Below are positions 49,080 to 58,222 of a stretch of DNA of 64,000 nt, one piece after another. Source of the DNA: Sedimentisphaerales bacterium (lineage in GTDB: Bacteria; Planctomycetota; Phycisphaerae; Sedimentisphaerales; SM23-30). Location: positions 238,451 to 302,450 of the forward strand of contig CAXXFK010000029.1 in assembly GCA_963663965.2 (NCBI GenBank), given 5' to 3'. The notes beneath the pieces are model-generated. The model was not told where the DNA came from. It ran no database searches and worked only from the letters and a program-made list of their open reading frames with translations. A program made the translations under genes and the position numbers. Every line of letters begins with the position of its first letter. Position 1 is the first letter of the stretch.

Positions 49080-52000
49080 TTATTGACAGGGAATAATCTC
49101 ACCGGTTACCGGATCTATGCAGGTAGTCCAACTCTCTGATAGAATGGCAAAGTCATTGATATCATAGCCACCCTCAGCCAGCCAGGCGCCGATCAGCAGA
49201 GCCAGATCATCCAGATCGACATCACAGTCATTATCTACGTCGCCCGCCAGACCCCAGTATTCACAGGGAGTCAAGGTCATAAACTGCCAGGGCTTGCTGA
49301 CATAGACAACACCGGGTACTTTGGTATCTGTGGTTTCAACTACCCAGTGATAGGTCATATCCGGAGCAAGTGAAGGCATCGGTATGGAGGTATTGGTTCC
49401 GGCTTCGATCTTGGTCAATCCACCATAACCCAGTTCACTCATATTGGGATCCTGAGTGCCAAAATAGACCGTGTGATTGATTATACCGCCGGGGCTGTTG
49501 GGATCAAATTTCCAACTCAGCGGTTCAGCATAATTGGTTGGAATGGTATCCCAGTTTTCCGGTGTAGGACCAAAAGGCGCGATGGGAGCCTTCACTTCGG
49601 GGAATTCAAAGAAATCATAATAGGTGCCACCCCAGCCGACTACCAGTTCGAGAGTGTTCGTACCGGCAACCAGTGGAATATCTTTAATAACGATGTAATC
49701 ATACTCATCAGTGGGAGTGGGACGGACAATGAATTGAATGTTCGTGCCGCCGTTAATACTGACATCTTCCCAGGATGTACCGGTATGGTCTGTACGATAA
49801 CGAATATAGAGATCGAAATTGCCGGCTGTCGTATTTTCAAATGTCAACAGGAAACTGCCGCGATCACCGGTGATCCACGTAGACCACATGATACGATTTT
49901 CGCTGGCCACATCTTCCATACGAACTTCACATTGAGTATCTTCGCCAGGCAGTATGACGCCATCTTCAGCTTCAAGTTTCAGCGAGCGATAGAATTCAAG
50001 TACCATCACGGTAATCGTTGCTTCGCCGACGTTACCAGAGCCATCCGTCACGCTCAATTTGATTTTATGTTCACCGGCTTTATTAAATACAAACGCCGGA
50101 TCCAAAATCGTCTTATCGGAACAGATTGAGTCAATCGTTTCGCCGGAAGGTCCGCTGGTCAGGCTCCATAGATAACTGAGGCCGGGTTTGCCCAGATCGG
50201 ATACTGTTGGATGGAAACTCATCGGATCCGATGGTGTGTTGCCGTAATTCAGCATTACAATTCTGGAGTCAACTAGAGTTATAACCGGCTTGGGATCGTT
50301 TGTAGTAAATTTCCAGAGGTAGCCTTTATAAAGGGTATCCACCTCGTCGACCGGAACAATACTATCTACGATCCAGTAATAATCATGATTCCATTCCAGG
50401 ATTACAGGTAGGGAACTGTCAAAGGTTCCATCTGCGATTAAAGGAATTTCATAGTCATCACCCACCATATTGGGTTCCGATGTGCCTAGATAAACATTGC
50501 ATTTCACATCGGCGGCGTTTTCAAGATCATATAAACTGTGTTTTTTCCAGCTCAGGCTATTGCCGTTGACAACCACAACCTCATCCATCTTCGGATTTGG
50601 TGTGGTTGCAGTGAAATCGTCCATATTGATTTCAAAATAATCGTATTCGACGCCGCCCCAACCACATCGAATGGCTATCGTGTTAACACCCTTATTCAAA
50701 TTTATTGAACGGGTATAATCAGCGAAAATCCCGCTAGAATCAGGGACAGAATACTCAGCAGCAGATCCGCCATTAATCTCGATAAAGTCATTTTTCGCGC
50801 CGGCGCGATAATGCATAGTGAGTTGATAAGTATCTGTTTCAGGTGCGGTCACGTCAAAAATAAAATAGCCGCGTTCCAGCCAGGTGCCACCCCAGTTGGT
50901 CCAGACTACCTGGCCGCCGCTGGCTCCGGCAACGGTTCGCAATTCGGGTCCGGTATTTTCGCTGACAATAATGGCGTCTTCAGCCTCATAATGGGCAACT
51001 GGAATGCGTGATAATGTATCGAATTGCCAGAGATGCCCTTTGTGTAGCGTCGGGGCGGGATCGTTGGGTTCATAAGCATAAACCATCCAATAATAGCGCT
51101 GGTTGGCTTCCAGAACAACATTGACACTATCAACCACATCCTCGATCAAAGTCATACCGTAATTTTCCGCAAGTTCATTGGGTTCGGATGTCCCAATATA
51201 AACGTCGCAGGTTATATCATCGCCTGTGCTGGGATAGGTAATACTGTGGTTCTGCCAGCTCAAAGTATTGCCGGTTTCCTGGGCGCCGATATAAACTGGA
51301 ATATAGGTGCCATCTGCAGGTGAAGGATCTGTCGGAATGGGTTCCGGAGCGAAATCGAATTGGATATAGTCATATCTAAGGCCGCCCCAGGCAGTGCCAA
51401 TTTTAATATCATTACGACCCTCAATAAGAACAACATTTTCAACGATTTTATCCGCATATTCCGTACCCGTAGCCGGATACATGATATCGCCCATTGGTGG
51501 ATTATCGTTTATCTGGATAGGATCCCCGCGTTCGGCGCTTTCTTCATAATTACGATAGCGGATCAGCATATCGTAGGTTCCAGCTACCGGAGCATCCACA
51601 ACCACGACGAAATACCCACGATCATCACCATTATAGTTGGTCCAGACGGCCTTGCCACCACTGGCATTGGCTTCAGAAACAAGTTGAGGTGAAGTATTCG
51701 TCAGGGGAGGGATCGCGGTATTGCCTGTTACAATAAAACCTTTCTCGCATTCATATTTCGCGACAGTAGGCCAGACTTCAGTGATTGGTCCAATAATATT
51801 CAGCGTCTGTGGACCCAGGGTAGCAGCTTGAATACCAAAAATCTGAATGAGCGATGGCTCGGTTAAGGTTACCGATGCCAGACGAGTTTCACCTGCTGGA
51901 ATTTGTATCCAGGCCGCATGCCAACTCCAACCGCTGCCATCCTGGGCAAATGGCTGTACAATAATCGTGAAATCGTTTGGGTTCTCAAGTTCTACCTCAA

Positions 52001-52253
52001 AAGTCGTGCCCGACGCGGAATAATCCTTATTGGAAGGATTAAAGGTTATTAGATTGGTATATTCAGTGGGGCAATCATAGGTAATGCTGATACCCGGGTT
52101 ACCGGCAATATCAGTCACCGCGCTAACCCAGGTTGCCGGATTACCGGCCAGCCAGTCGGCATCCTTCAATACGATGGCGGCCGATAGCGGTAAAATCATC
52201 AACCCTGTGAGCATTATGGCAAACAGGCCAGTTAAACTAGACACATTTTTCAT
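49080..52253 (-). CDS. Secreted multimodular carbohydrate-binding protein (three CBM6/CBM35-like modules, Fn3/Ig-like spacers, PKD-like domain, dockerin-like tail)
   Basis: Signal peptide from ATG 52253 (GGAGG RBS); three (Y/L)E(A/C)E...WGG..YD modules; three L.W...VY.GT..PN...Y.W.V...W.F.T spacers; GDVDNDCDVDLDDL tail. Confidence 0.8.
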   Translation of the reverse strand: MKNVSSLTGLFAIMLTGLMILPLSAAIVLKDADWLAGNPATWVSAVTDIAGNPGISITYDCPTEYTNLITFNPSNKDYSASGTTFEVELENPNDFTIIVQPFAQDGSGWSWHAAWIQIPAGETRLASVTLTEPSLIQIFGIQAATLGPQTLNIIGPITEVWPTVAKYECEKGFIVTGNTAIPPLTNTSPQLVSEANASGGKAVWTNYNGDDRGYFVVVVDAPVAGTYDMLIRYRNYEESAERGDPIQINDNPPMGDIMYPATGTEYADKIVENVVLIEGRNDIKIGTAWGGLRYDYIQFDFAPEPIPTDPSPADGTYIPVYIGAQETGNTLSWQNHSITYPSTGDDITCDVYIGTSEPNELAENYGMTLIEDVVDSVNVVLEANQRYYWMVYAYEPNDPAPTLHKGHLWQFDTLSRIPVAHYEAEDAIIVSENTGPELRTVAGASGGQVVWTNWGGTWLERGYFIFDVTAPETDTYQLTMHYRAGAKNDFIEINGGSAAEYSVPDSSGIFADYTRSINLNKGVNTIAIRCGWGGVEYDYFEINMDDFTATTPNPKMDEVVVVNGNSLSWKKHSLYDLENAADVKCNVYLGTSEPNMVGDDYEIPLIADGTFDSSLPVILEWNHDYYWIVDSIVPVDEVDTLYKGYLWKFTTNDPKPVITLVDSRIVMLNYGNTPSDPMSFHPTVSDLGKPGLSYLWSLTSGPSGETIDSICSDKTILDPAFVFNKAGEHKIKLSVTDGSGNVGEATITVMVLEFYRSLKLEAEDGVILPGEDTQCEVRMEDVASENRIMWSTWITGDRGSFLLTFENTTAGNFDLYIRYRTDHTGTSWEDVSINGGTNIQFIVRPTPTDEYDYIVIKDIPLVAGTNTLELVVGWGGTYYDFFEFPEVKAPIAPFGPTPENWDTIPTNYAEPLSWKFDPNSPGGIINHTVYFGTQDPNMSELGYGGLTKIEAGTNTSIPMPSLAPDMTYHWVVETTDTKVPGVVYVSKPWQFMTLTPCEYWGLAGDVDNDCDVDLDDLALLIGAWLAEGGYDINDFAILSESWTTCIDPVTGEIIPCQ

Positions 52254-52506
52254 GGTGGATCCTCCGCATTTAGGATGAGTGGAATATATAAACATAGAAC
52301 AAAACCATACTTGCGTTTAGAACTTATTTATTTTGCCGACGATAAGAAAATCCAGGAAAGGAGGTATTTGTATACCAGCAGGTAATATTAATATTTTGGT
52401 CCAACCCATCTGATCTCAATCTGTACTCTTTTGCCAGTTCCCAATATCAACTTTCCGATTCCTTATCGCAAGAATAATGCATTGTAAAAATGACTCTTCT
52501 TTTTTC

Positions 52507-52535
52507 AATATAGGCTTACCTGTTAATACTGTCAA
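52507..52535 (-). promoter_or_regulatory. Sigma70-type promoter for the multi-CBM gene (implies a ~250-nt leader)
   Basis: TTGACA-17 bp-TATATT. Confidence 0.7.
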
Positions 52536-52840
52536 TATAAATTTGGCCAAAAATTGAAAAACAAATATTTGCGAGAATATTTTACGTTTAGTTTTTAAAT
52601 ATCGGCTTCTATAGGTATTTCAGGCCTTGATCTAAAATTGATTATTGATTAACGCTATATTGTATGGATAGTTACAGGATTTTTGGTTTTTCTTATATTC
52701 TTAAAAAATCCATGATGATTTCGTGATGAAATGGTTTAATATACAAGATAGTTTTTAATATCCTTGGGAAATCGATTAAACTAGAAGGTGGCGATTAACA
52801 ATTTTAAATTAAGAATACATTAATGATTCCAGAGGTTTTT

Positions 52841-54640
52841 ATGGAACGATATAAAGCTGTATATATATTGAAGTTCGTGTCAGTGATGATTCTTTTTTCT
52901 GGTGTGCCAAAAACAGGGGCTCAAACACTAAACGTCAGCTATACCATAGATGTCGAGAGCGAAATCCAGCTAATTAGCCCTTTAATTTATGGGTCGAATA
53001 ATACCGGACATATTGAAGATAATTTAACGGTACGGCGGATGGGGGGGAATCGCATGACTGGTTATAACTGGGAGACTAATTATTCAAATGCCGGTAGTGA
53101 CTGGTATCACAGTAGCGATCATTGGCTGGCTCGTAACCTGCCGGAATCAAAGAAGTTTGTTCCGGGAATGGTCATGAGGGATTTTCATGAATTTTGTCTG
53201 GATAACAATCAGGAAACGCTTATGACCCTACCGATGGCCGGTTATGTTGCCGCAGATATCCGGGGTACGGTTGATGAAGCTGAAACGGCCCCATCTAACC
53301 GATGGAAGGAAATTGTTTATAAAAAAACAACCGCTTTCTGTTCCCCCGTGGACAATCCCTCCAGGACGGATGTCTATGCCTATATGGATGAATGTGTAAA
53401 TATGTTATCCGGATTATACGGGAATTCTGAAAGCGAATCCGGAATCCGATTTTACGCTCTGGATAATGAACCGGCCTTATGGGCCTATACTCATCCGAGA
53501 ATTCACCCGCAGAAACTTGCCTGTTCGGAGTTGATCGAGCGTTCAACCGCATTGGCGACAGCCATAAAAGATATTGATCCGCAAGCCGGAATTTTTGGCC
53601 CGGTACTTTATGGGTTTGGAGCGTTCGACACCTTGCAGGATGCTCCGGATTGGAATAATGTCAAAGGAAATTATGATTGGTTTATTGATTATTACCTGGA
53701 TCAAATGAAACAGGCTGAAATCATGCAGGGCCGGCGCCTTCTGGATGTTCTGGATTTACACTGGTATCCTGAAGCGCGTGGCGATGGGGTAAGAATAACT
53801 GAAAACCTCTCAAGCTATAGCCGGGCCAATGCGGATGCACGGATGCAGGCCCCCAGGACTTTATGGGATGCAGGCTATTATGAAGATAGTTGGATCGGAC
53901 AGTGGCGGCGGTCATTTCTGCCATTGTTGCCAAAAATATTGAATTCAATTGAGGCATGGTATCCGGACACTAAGCTGGCTTTTACGGAATACAATTATGG
54001 GGGGACCGACCATATTTCTGGCGGGATAGCCATGGCTGATGTGCTGGGTATTTTCGGGAAGTATGGGGTATATATGTCGACAATCTGGCATTTTAACGAT
54101 CAGGATTATATCTCAACTGCGTTTAGACTATATCGTAATTACGATGGCGCCATGTCAGCTTTTGGCGATACTCATATTTACGCTGCAATGAGTGACAAAA
54201 TTAACAGTTCGATCTATGCGGCCACTGAATCTTCTAATCCTGGACGTTTACACGTTATAGTCATGAATAAAAATTTTGAACAGTCCATTCAGGGCATGTT
54301 TCAAGTCATCAATGGCCGCAATCTGTCCCATGGACGGGTCTGGGCCTTCGATAGTACAGGACTAACGGTCATGGAGCGGGCACCAGTAGAACAAATTGAT
54401 GCGAATCACTTCACTTATACTATTACGCCACTGACCGTCTGTCATATCGTTTTGGAACCTGAAGCAATAATTGGAGACTTATCGGGTAATGGTACAGTGG
54501 ATCTGGAAGATCTGGACAGTTTTAAACAAAACTGGTTGATGGGACCATTACCTGAATTACCAGGTGATTTAAATGCTGATAATAGAATTAATATGTTGGA
54601 TTATCTGATATTCAGTAGAAACTGGAAGGTGGGTTTCTGA
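52841..54640 (+). CDS. Glycoside hydrolase family 44 (endoglucanase/xyloglucanase) with dockerin-like C-terminus
   Basis: Signal peptide; GGNRMTGYNWE, YALDNEPALW..THPRIHP, LDVLDLHWYPE, LAFTEYNYGG; GDLSGNGTVDLEDL...GDLNADNRINMLD; start 52841 or 52823. Confidence 0.92.
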   Translation: MERYKAVYILKFVSVMILFSGVPKTGAQTLNVSYTIDVESEIQLISPLIYGSNNTGHIEDNLTVRRMGGNRMTGYNWETNYSNAGSDWYHSSDHWLARNLPESKKFVPGMVMRDFHEFCLDNNQETLMTLPMAGYVAADIRGTVDEAETAPSNRWKEIVYKKTTAFCSPVDNPSRTDVYAYMDECVNMLSGLYGNSESESGIRFYALDNEPALWAYTHPRIHPQKLACSELIERSTALATAIKDIDPQAGIFGPVLYGFGAFDTLQDAPDWNNVKGNYDWFIDYYLDQMKQAEIMQGRRLLDVLDLHWYPEARGDGVRITENLSSYSRANADARMQAPRTLWDAGYYEDSWIGQWRRSFLPLLPKILNSIEAWYPDTKLAFTEYNYGGTDHISGGIAMADVLGIFGKYGVYMSTIWHFNDQDYISTAFRLYRNYDGAMSAFGDTHIYAAMSDKINSSIYAATESSNPGRLHVIVMNKNFEQSIQGMFQVINGRNLSHGRVWAFDSTGLTVMERAPVEQIDANHFTYTITPLTVCHIVLEPEAIIGDLSGNGTVDLEDLDSFKQNWLMGPLPELPGDLNADNRINMLDYLIFSRNWKVGF

Positions 54641-54712
54641 TATCTTAGTGGTCAGTAAATCGATAAAATTGGAAAGACGATATCGACATTGCCAAGTAAA
54701 GTGATATGTTAG

Positions 54713-56698
54713 CCCAAATTTCGCACTTAGTCGCCTAAAAGCAGAAAAATGAAAATATTTACCGCGATTTTGGGCTGGAATCGGCGATTCAGATTCGAAA
54801 ACCGCTCTGGTACAGACCTGCCCTATTGCGTGGTGTTTTCAACCTGAGATAATAAGGGCATGTATCTCAAGCGGCACAAGCGAAAAAAGAACAGCAAGTA
54901 CCATACTTACTACAGCATCGTCGAGAAGCGTAAGATTTCTCGCGGGCGTTATGTGGAGAAGATGGTGTTGTATCTGGGTGAGATCTCCGATTCTCAGAAG
55001 AAGAGTTGGGAAAAATCCATTGAGATCATCAACGAAGACAACAAACCCGTTCGCAAATCATTATTCGCTTATGATCAGGACAAGGATATCCGTGTCGATG
55101 TCGATACCATTCCGGTCAAGCTGTCAAAAATGAAGCTGGAAAACCCAAGAGCATTCGGCGATTGCTGGCTGGGTTGTGAGATATGGGACAGGCTGGGGTT
55201 GGATAAATTCTGGTCGGAAAGAATCGATACCGCTCAATCACCGGTCGCCTATTCCAAGGTGGTCAAATTACTCACGGTAAACCGCCTTATCAAGCCGGGC
55301 GCCGAGTTTTATGTTCATCAGCACTGGTACAGCCAAACGGCGATGGATGTTCTGCTGGATTGCGATTTTGAGGTGGCTTCCAAAGACCGGCTTTACCGTT
55401 GTCTCGACAGAATACTGCCGTACAAGGAAGCGCTTTGTTCTTATCTGAAAGACACCTGGCAGATGATGTTTAACCTGGAATATGACATCCTGCTCTATGA
55501 CATCACCAGCACTTATTTTGAGGGGTTATGTAAGCAGAATCCCAAAGCGAAGTTCGGCCACAGCAAGGACCGCCGCAGTGATTGCCGGCAGATCCTGATC
55601 GCCCTGGTAGTGACTCCGGAGGGTTTTCCGCTTCATTATGAGGTTCTGGCCGGCAACACCTCGGAGAAAACCACGCTAAAGCCGTTATTGCACAAAATAG
55701 AGGCCAAATACGGCCGGGCGAACCGGGTCTGGTTGATGGATCGCGGCATTCCCAACGAAGCGGTACTGGCCTATATGCGCGATAATGGCATTGATTATCT
55801 GGTCGGCACCCCGCGCAAATTACTGGATGAGTTCCAGAAAGAACTGACCGCTAAAGATTGGGAAGAAATCAGTGATAGCGTTCGCATAAAACATATCGAC
55901 CAAGATGGAGAATGCTATGTTCTGGCCCAAAGCAAAGATCGGATGACCAAAGAACGATCGATGCGTAAAAGGAAATTGCGTGCCTATCTGGAAGGATTGG
56001 AAAAGCTGAAGAAGTATCGGGATTATGCCCGCTTTATGCAAAAGCTGGGCCAACTCAAGCATCAGGCCGGCAGTGCTCATCAATGCGTCTCTCTGACCAT
56101 CCCCAAACCCAAGGACCGGATTGAAGCAGGCGAATTTGATTACAAGTTCGAGGCTGACCAATACCCGAAAATGAGCTATCGTGACGGCGCCTATTTTTTA
56201 CGGACGAGCCAAACCGGAAAAGACGGCGCCGGGCTTTGGCAGGAATACATGTTGCAATGCAATGTCGAACAGGCCTTCAAAGAACTCAAGAGCGATCTGG
56301 GGATCCGGCCGGTGTATCATCATAAGGAAGACCGGGTGGATGCCCATGTTTTGGTCGCGTTTATGAGTTATTGCTTACAAGTGACCTTGAGGCATAAACT
56401 GCGGGCCAGCGCCTGTGGCCTGACCAGCCAAGCCGTCTTGGAAACGATGTCACGCGTTCAGATGCTGGATGTGTCCTTTGAAACGCTAGACGGCAGAACT
56501 CTGTTGCTGCAGCGCTATACCGAGCCGCAGGAGGATCACCAGCTGATTTTGCATCATTTGAAAATGGATTTACCGCCACAAAAACCGCCCAGAATATACA
56601 ACGATAAACTCAAAAAATGACACCCCCCTTGGGGGACAGACCAACCGCACTGACGGGGTCAAAAACCGCGATTTAACCCCCTAATTGCGAAATTCGGG
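54713..56698 (+). mobile_element. IS1634-family insertion sequence, 1,986 bp, apparently intact
   Basis: Left IR CCCAAATTTCGCACTTAG (54713-54730) matches the reverse complement of 56681-56698 at 16/18; TTAG duplicated on both flanks (54709-54712, 56699-56702). Confidence 0.9.
54860..56620 (+). CDS. IS1634-family DDE transposase
   Basis: LYRCLD, YDITSTYFEG, FGHSKD.R.D, GNTSE, MDRG, VEQAFKELKSDLGIRPVYH...RVDAH. Confidence 0.95.
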   Translation: MYLKRHKRKKNSKYHTYYSIVEKRKISRGRYVEKMVLYLGEISDSQKKSWEKSIEIINEDNKPVRKSLFAYDQDKDIRVDVDTIPVKLSKMKLENPRAFGDCWLGCEIWDRLGLDKFWSERIDTAQSPVAYSKVVKLLTVNRLIKPGAEFYVHQHWYSQTAMDVLLDCDFEVASKDRLYRCLDRILPYKEALCSYLKDTWQMMFNLEYDILLYDITSTYFEGLCKQNPKAKFGHSKDRRSDCRQILIALVVTPEGFPLHYEVLAGNTSEKTTLKPLLHKIEAKYGRANRVWLMDRGIPNEAVLAYMRDNGIDYLVGTPRKLLDEFQKELTAKDWEEISDSVRIKHIDQDGECYVLAQSKDRMTKERSMRKRKLRAYLEGLEKLKKYRDYARFMQKLGQLKHQAGSAHQCVSLTIPKPKDRIEAGEFDYKFEADQYPKMSYRDGAYFLRTSQTGKDGAGLWQEYMLQCNVEQAFKELKSDLGIRPVYHHKEDRVDAHVLVAFMSYCLQVTLRHKLRASACGLTSQAVLETMSRVQMLDVSFETLDGRTLLLQRYTEPQEDHQLILHHLKMDLPPQKPPRIYNDKLKK

Positions 56699-56979
56699 TT
56701 AGTTCTTACCTTTAACAGAACCTTATTTATCAAGGGCATTATATCTTGTGTTTGATTCTCAGGTCGTCAGTTGGGTATTATGTACGAATTCAGTCAGGCA
56801 TGAAATAAAACAGGGTTTTAATATGTTAAGTGATGAGAAATGAATGATTGTTTGGCTGATTGTAAAACAATAGAAGGCTTAATGAGATCGTTGTATTTAA
56901 AATTGACTTGATTGCAGTAGAACAGATTCATTATAACGCAAATAATATATAAATATATTTAATATAATCAGGTGGTTTC

Positions 56980-57798
56980 ATGAAAAGAATTTTGTCATTA
57001 ACTATTATTTTGATGATCATTATCTTGACCTCATTTCTTAAAGCCCAGGAAGGAGGTCCCGATGTTAGCGAAGCAGACTTATCAGCTGAAAACATCAACA
57101 ACGATACAACCGTTGAGGAAGAAGTCTCCGACGATCAACAGCAGGTTATTCAGACTGAGTTCGAACAGTGGGTCATAAAATTGAAAAATGCCGGAGCCAC
57201 AATTCCGGTTCTATTGGGTTTGTCAGTAATAGGCGTCAGCTTAATTCTGGAACGATTGTTTGCGTTACGTAAGGGGCGTTTTGTGCCGTCAGCATTTTTG
57301 CATCGTGTGGCAGTATTATGGCAGGAAGGACGCTTCGATGAGATTTCTGCGTTGTGTCAGAATAATAAGAGCATAGTTGCGGGTGTTTTAGAATTTATTG
57401 TTCGGCATCGTCATAAGCCGGTTGCGGATATTTCGATGGCGGCAGGCGATATTGCCAGTCGTGAATTACGCCGACATTTACTGCGTGCCTATCCATTGGC
57501 CGTTATCGCTACCGTAGCGCCGCTATTAGGATTACTGGGCACCGTAAGTGGCATGGTCGGTGCGTTTGATACGGTCGCGTTGATGGGTGAACTGGGCGAT
57601 GCCGGAGCGCTGGGCGGTGATATTTCCAAGGCCCTGGTTTCTACCCTGGTTGGATTAACGGTCGCAATTCCTGCTCTGATTGCCTATCACTTTTTCAAAA
57701 GCCGTACCCAGTTATATGGCGTGATGCTGGAGGAAGAAGTGACGCTGTTTATAACCGATCGTTTGATGAATGAGGAGGGGTGTGGCGATGCGAATTAA
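56980..57798 (+). CDS. MotA/TolQ/ExbB proton-channel protein
   Basis: Signal peptide plus acidic extension; ILER, APLLGLLGTVSGM, ISKALVSTLVGL.VAIPA. Confidence 0.93.
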   Translation: MKRILSLTIILMIIILTSFLKAQEGGPDVSEADLSAENINNDTTVEEEVSDDQQQVIQTEFEQWVIKLKNAGATIPVLLGLSVIGVSLILERLFALRKGRFVPSAFLHRVAVLWQEGRFDEISALCQNNKSIVAGVLEFIVRHRHKPVADISMAAGDIASRELRRHLLRAYPLAVIATVAPLLGLLGTVSGMVGAFDTVALMGELGDAGALGGDISKALVSTLVGLTVAIPALIAYHFFKSRTQLYGVMLEEEVTLFITDRLMNEEGCGDAN

Positions 57799-58207
57799 CC
57801 TGTCCGATGATGAGTCCATTGAAGTCCAGATGGCGCCTCTGCTGGACTGTATGTTTTTACTGCTGATATTTTTTCTGGTGGCTACTTCGTTAAAGAAGCT
57901 CAATAAGGAGCTTCCAGTCGAACTACCTTATGCTGATGCCGCCGTTATTGTTGCAGAACAACCCGGCACACTGGTTCTTGGAGTGGACCGGGCGGGTAAT
58001 TTCTACGTGGATGGGGTTTCGGTAGGGCGGCAGCGGTGTCTGGAGAGCATCGCGTCCGCGAAAGAGAACAGTTTTCCTGTTCGTCTGGATGCGGACCAGG
58101 AAACGGATTATCAATATATCGTAGAAATGTTGAATTTGTGTCAAATGCGGGGAGTGACAGATATCAAACTTAATATTCGACGTGATGAACCCGCCGCGAA
58201 TCCATAA
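57788..58207 (+). CDS. ExbD/TolR family protein
   Basis: MAPLLDCMFLLLIFFLV with the essential Asp, VELP.A, LDADQ..YQ; overlaps the exbB-like stop; GAGGAG RBS. Confidence 0.93.
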   Translation: MRINLSDDESIEVQMAPLLDCMFLLLIFFLVATSLKKLNKELPVELPYADAAVIVAEQPGTLVLGVDRAGNFYVDGVSVGRQRCLESIASAKENSFPVRLDADQETDYQYIVEMLNLCQMRGVTDIKLNIRRDEPAANP

Positions 58208-58222
58208 TCCGGTTAATTATAT

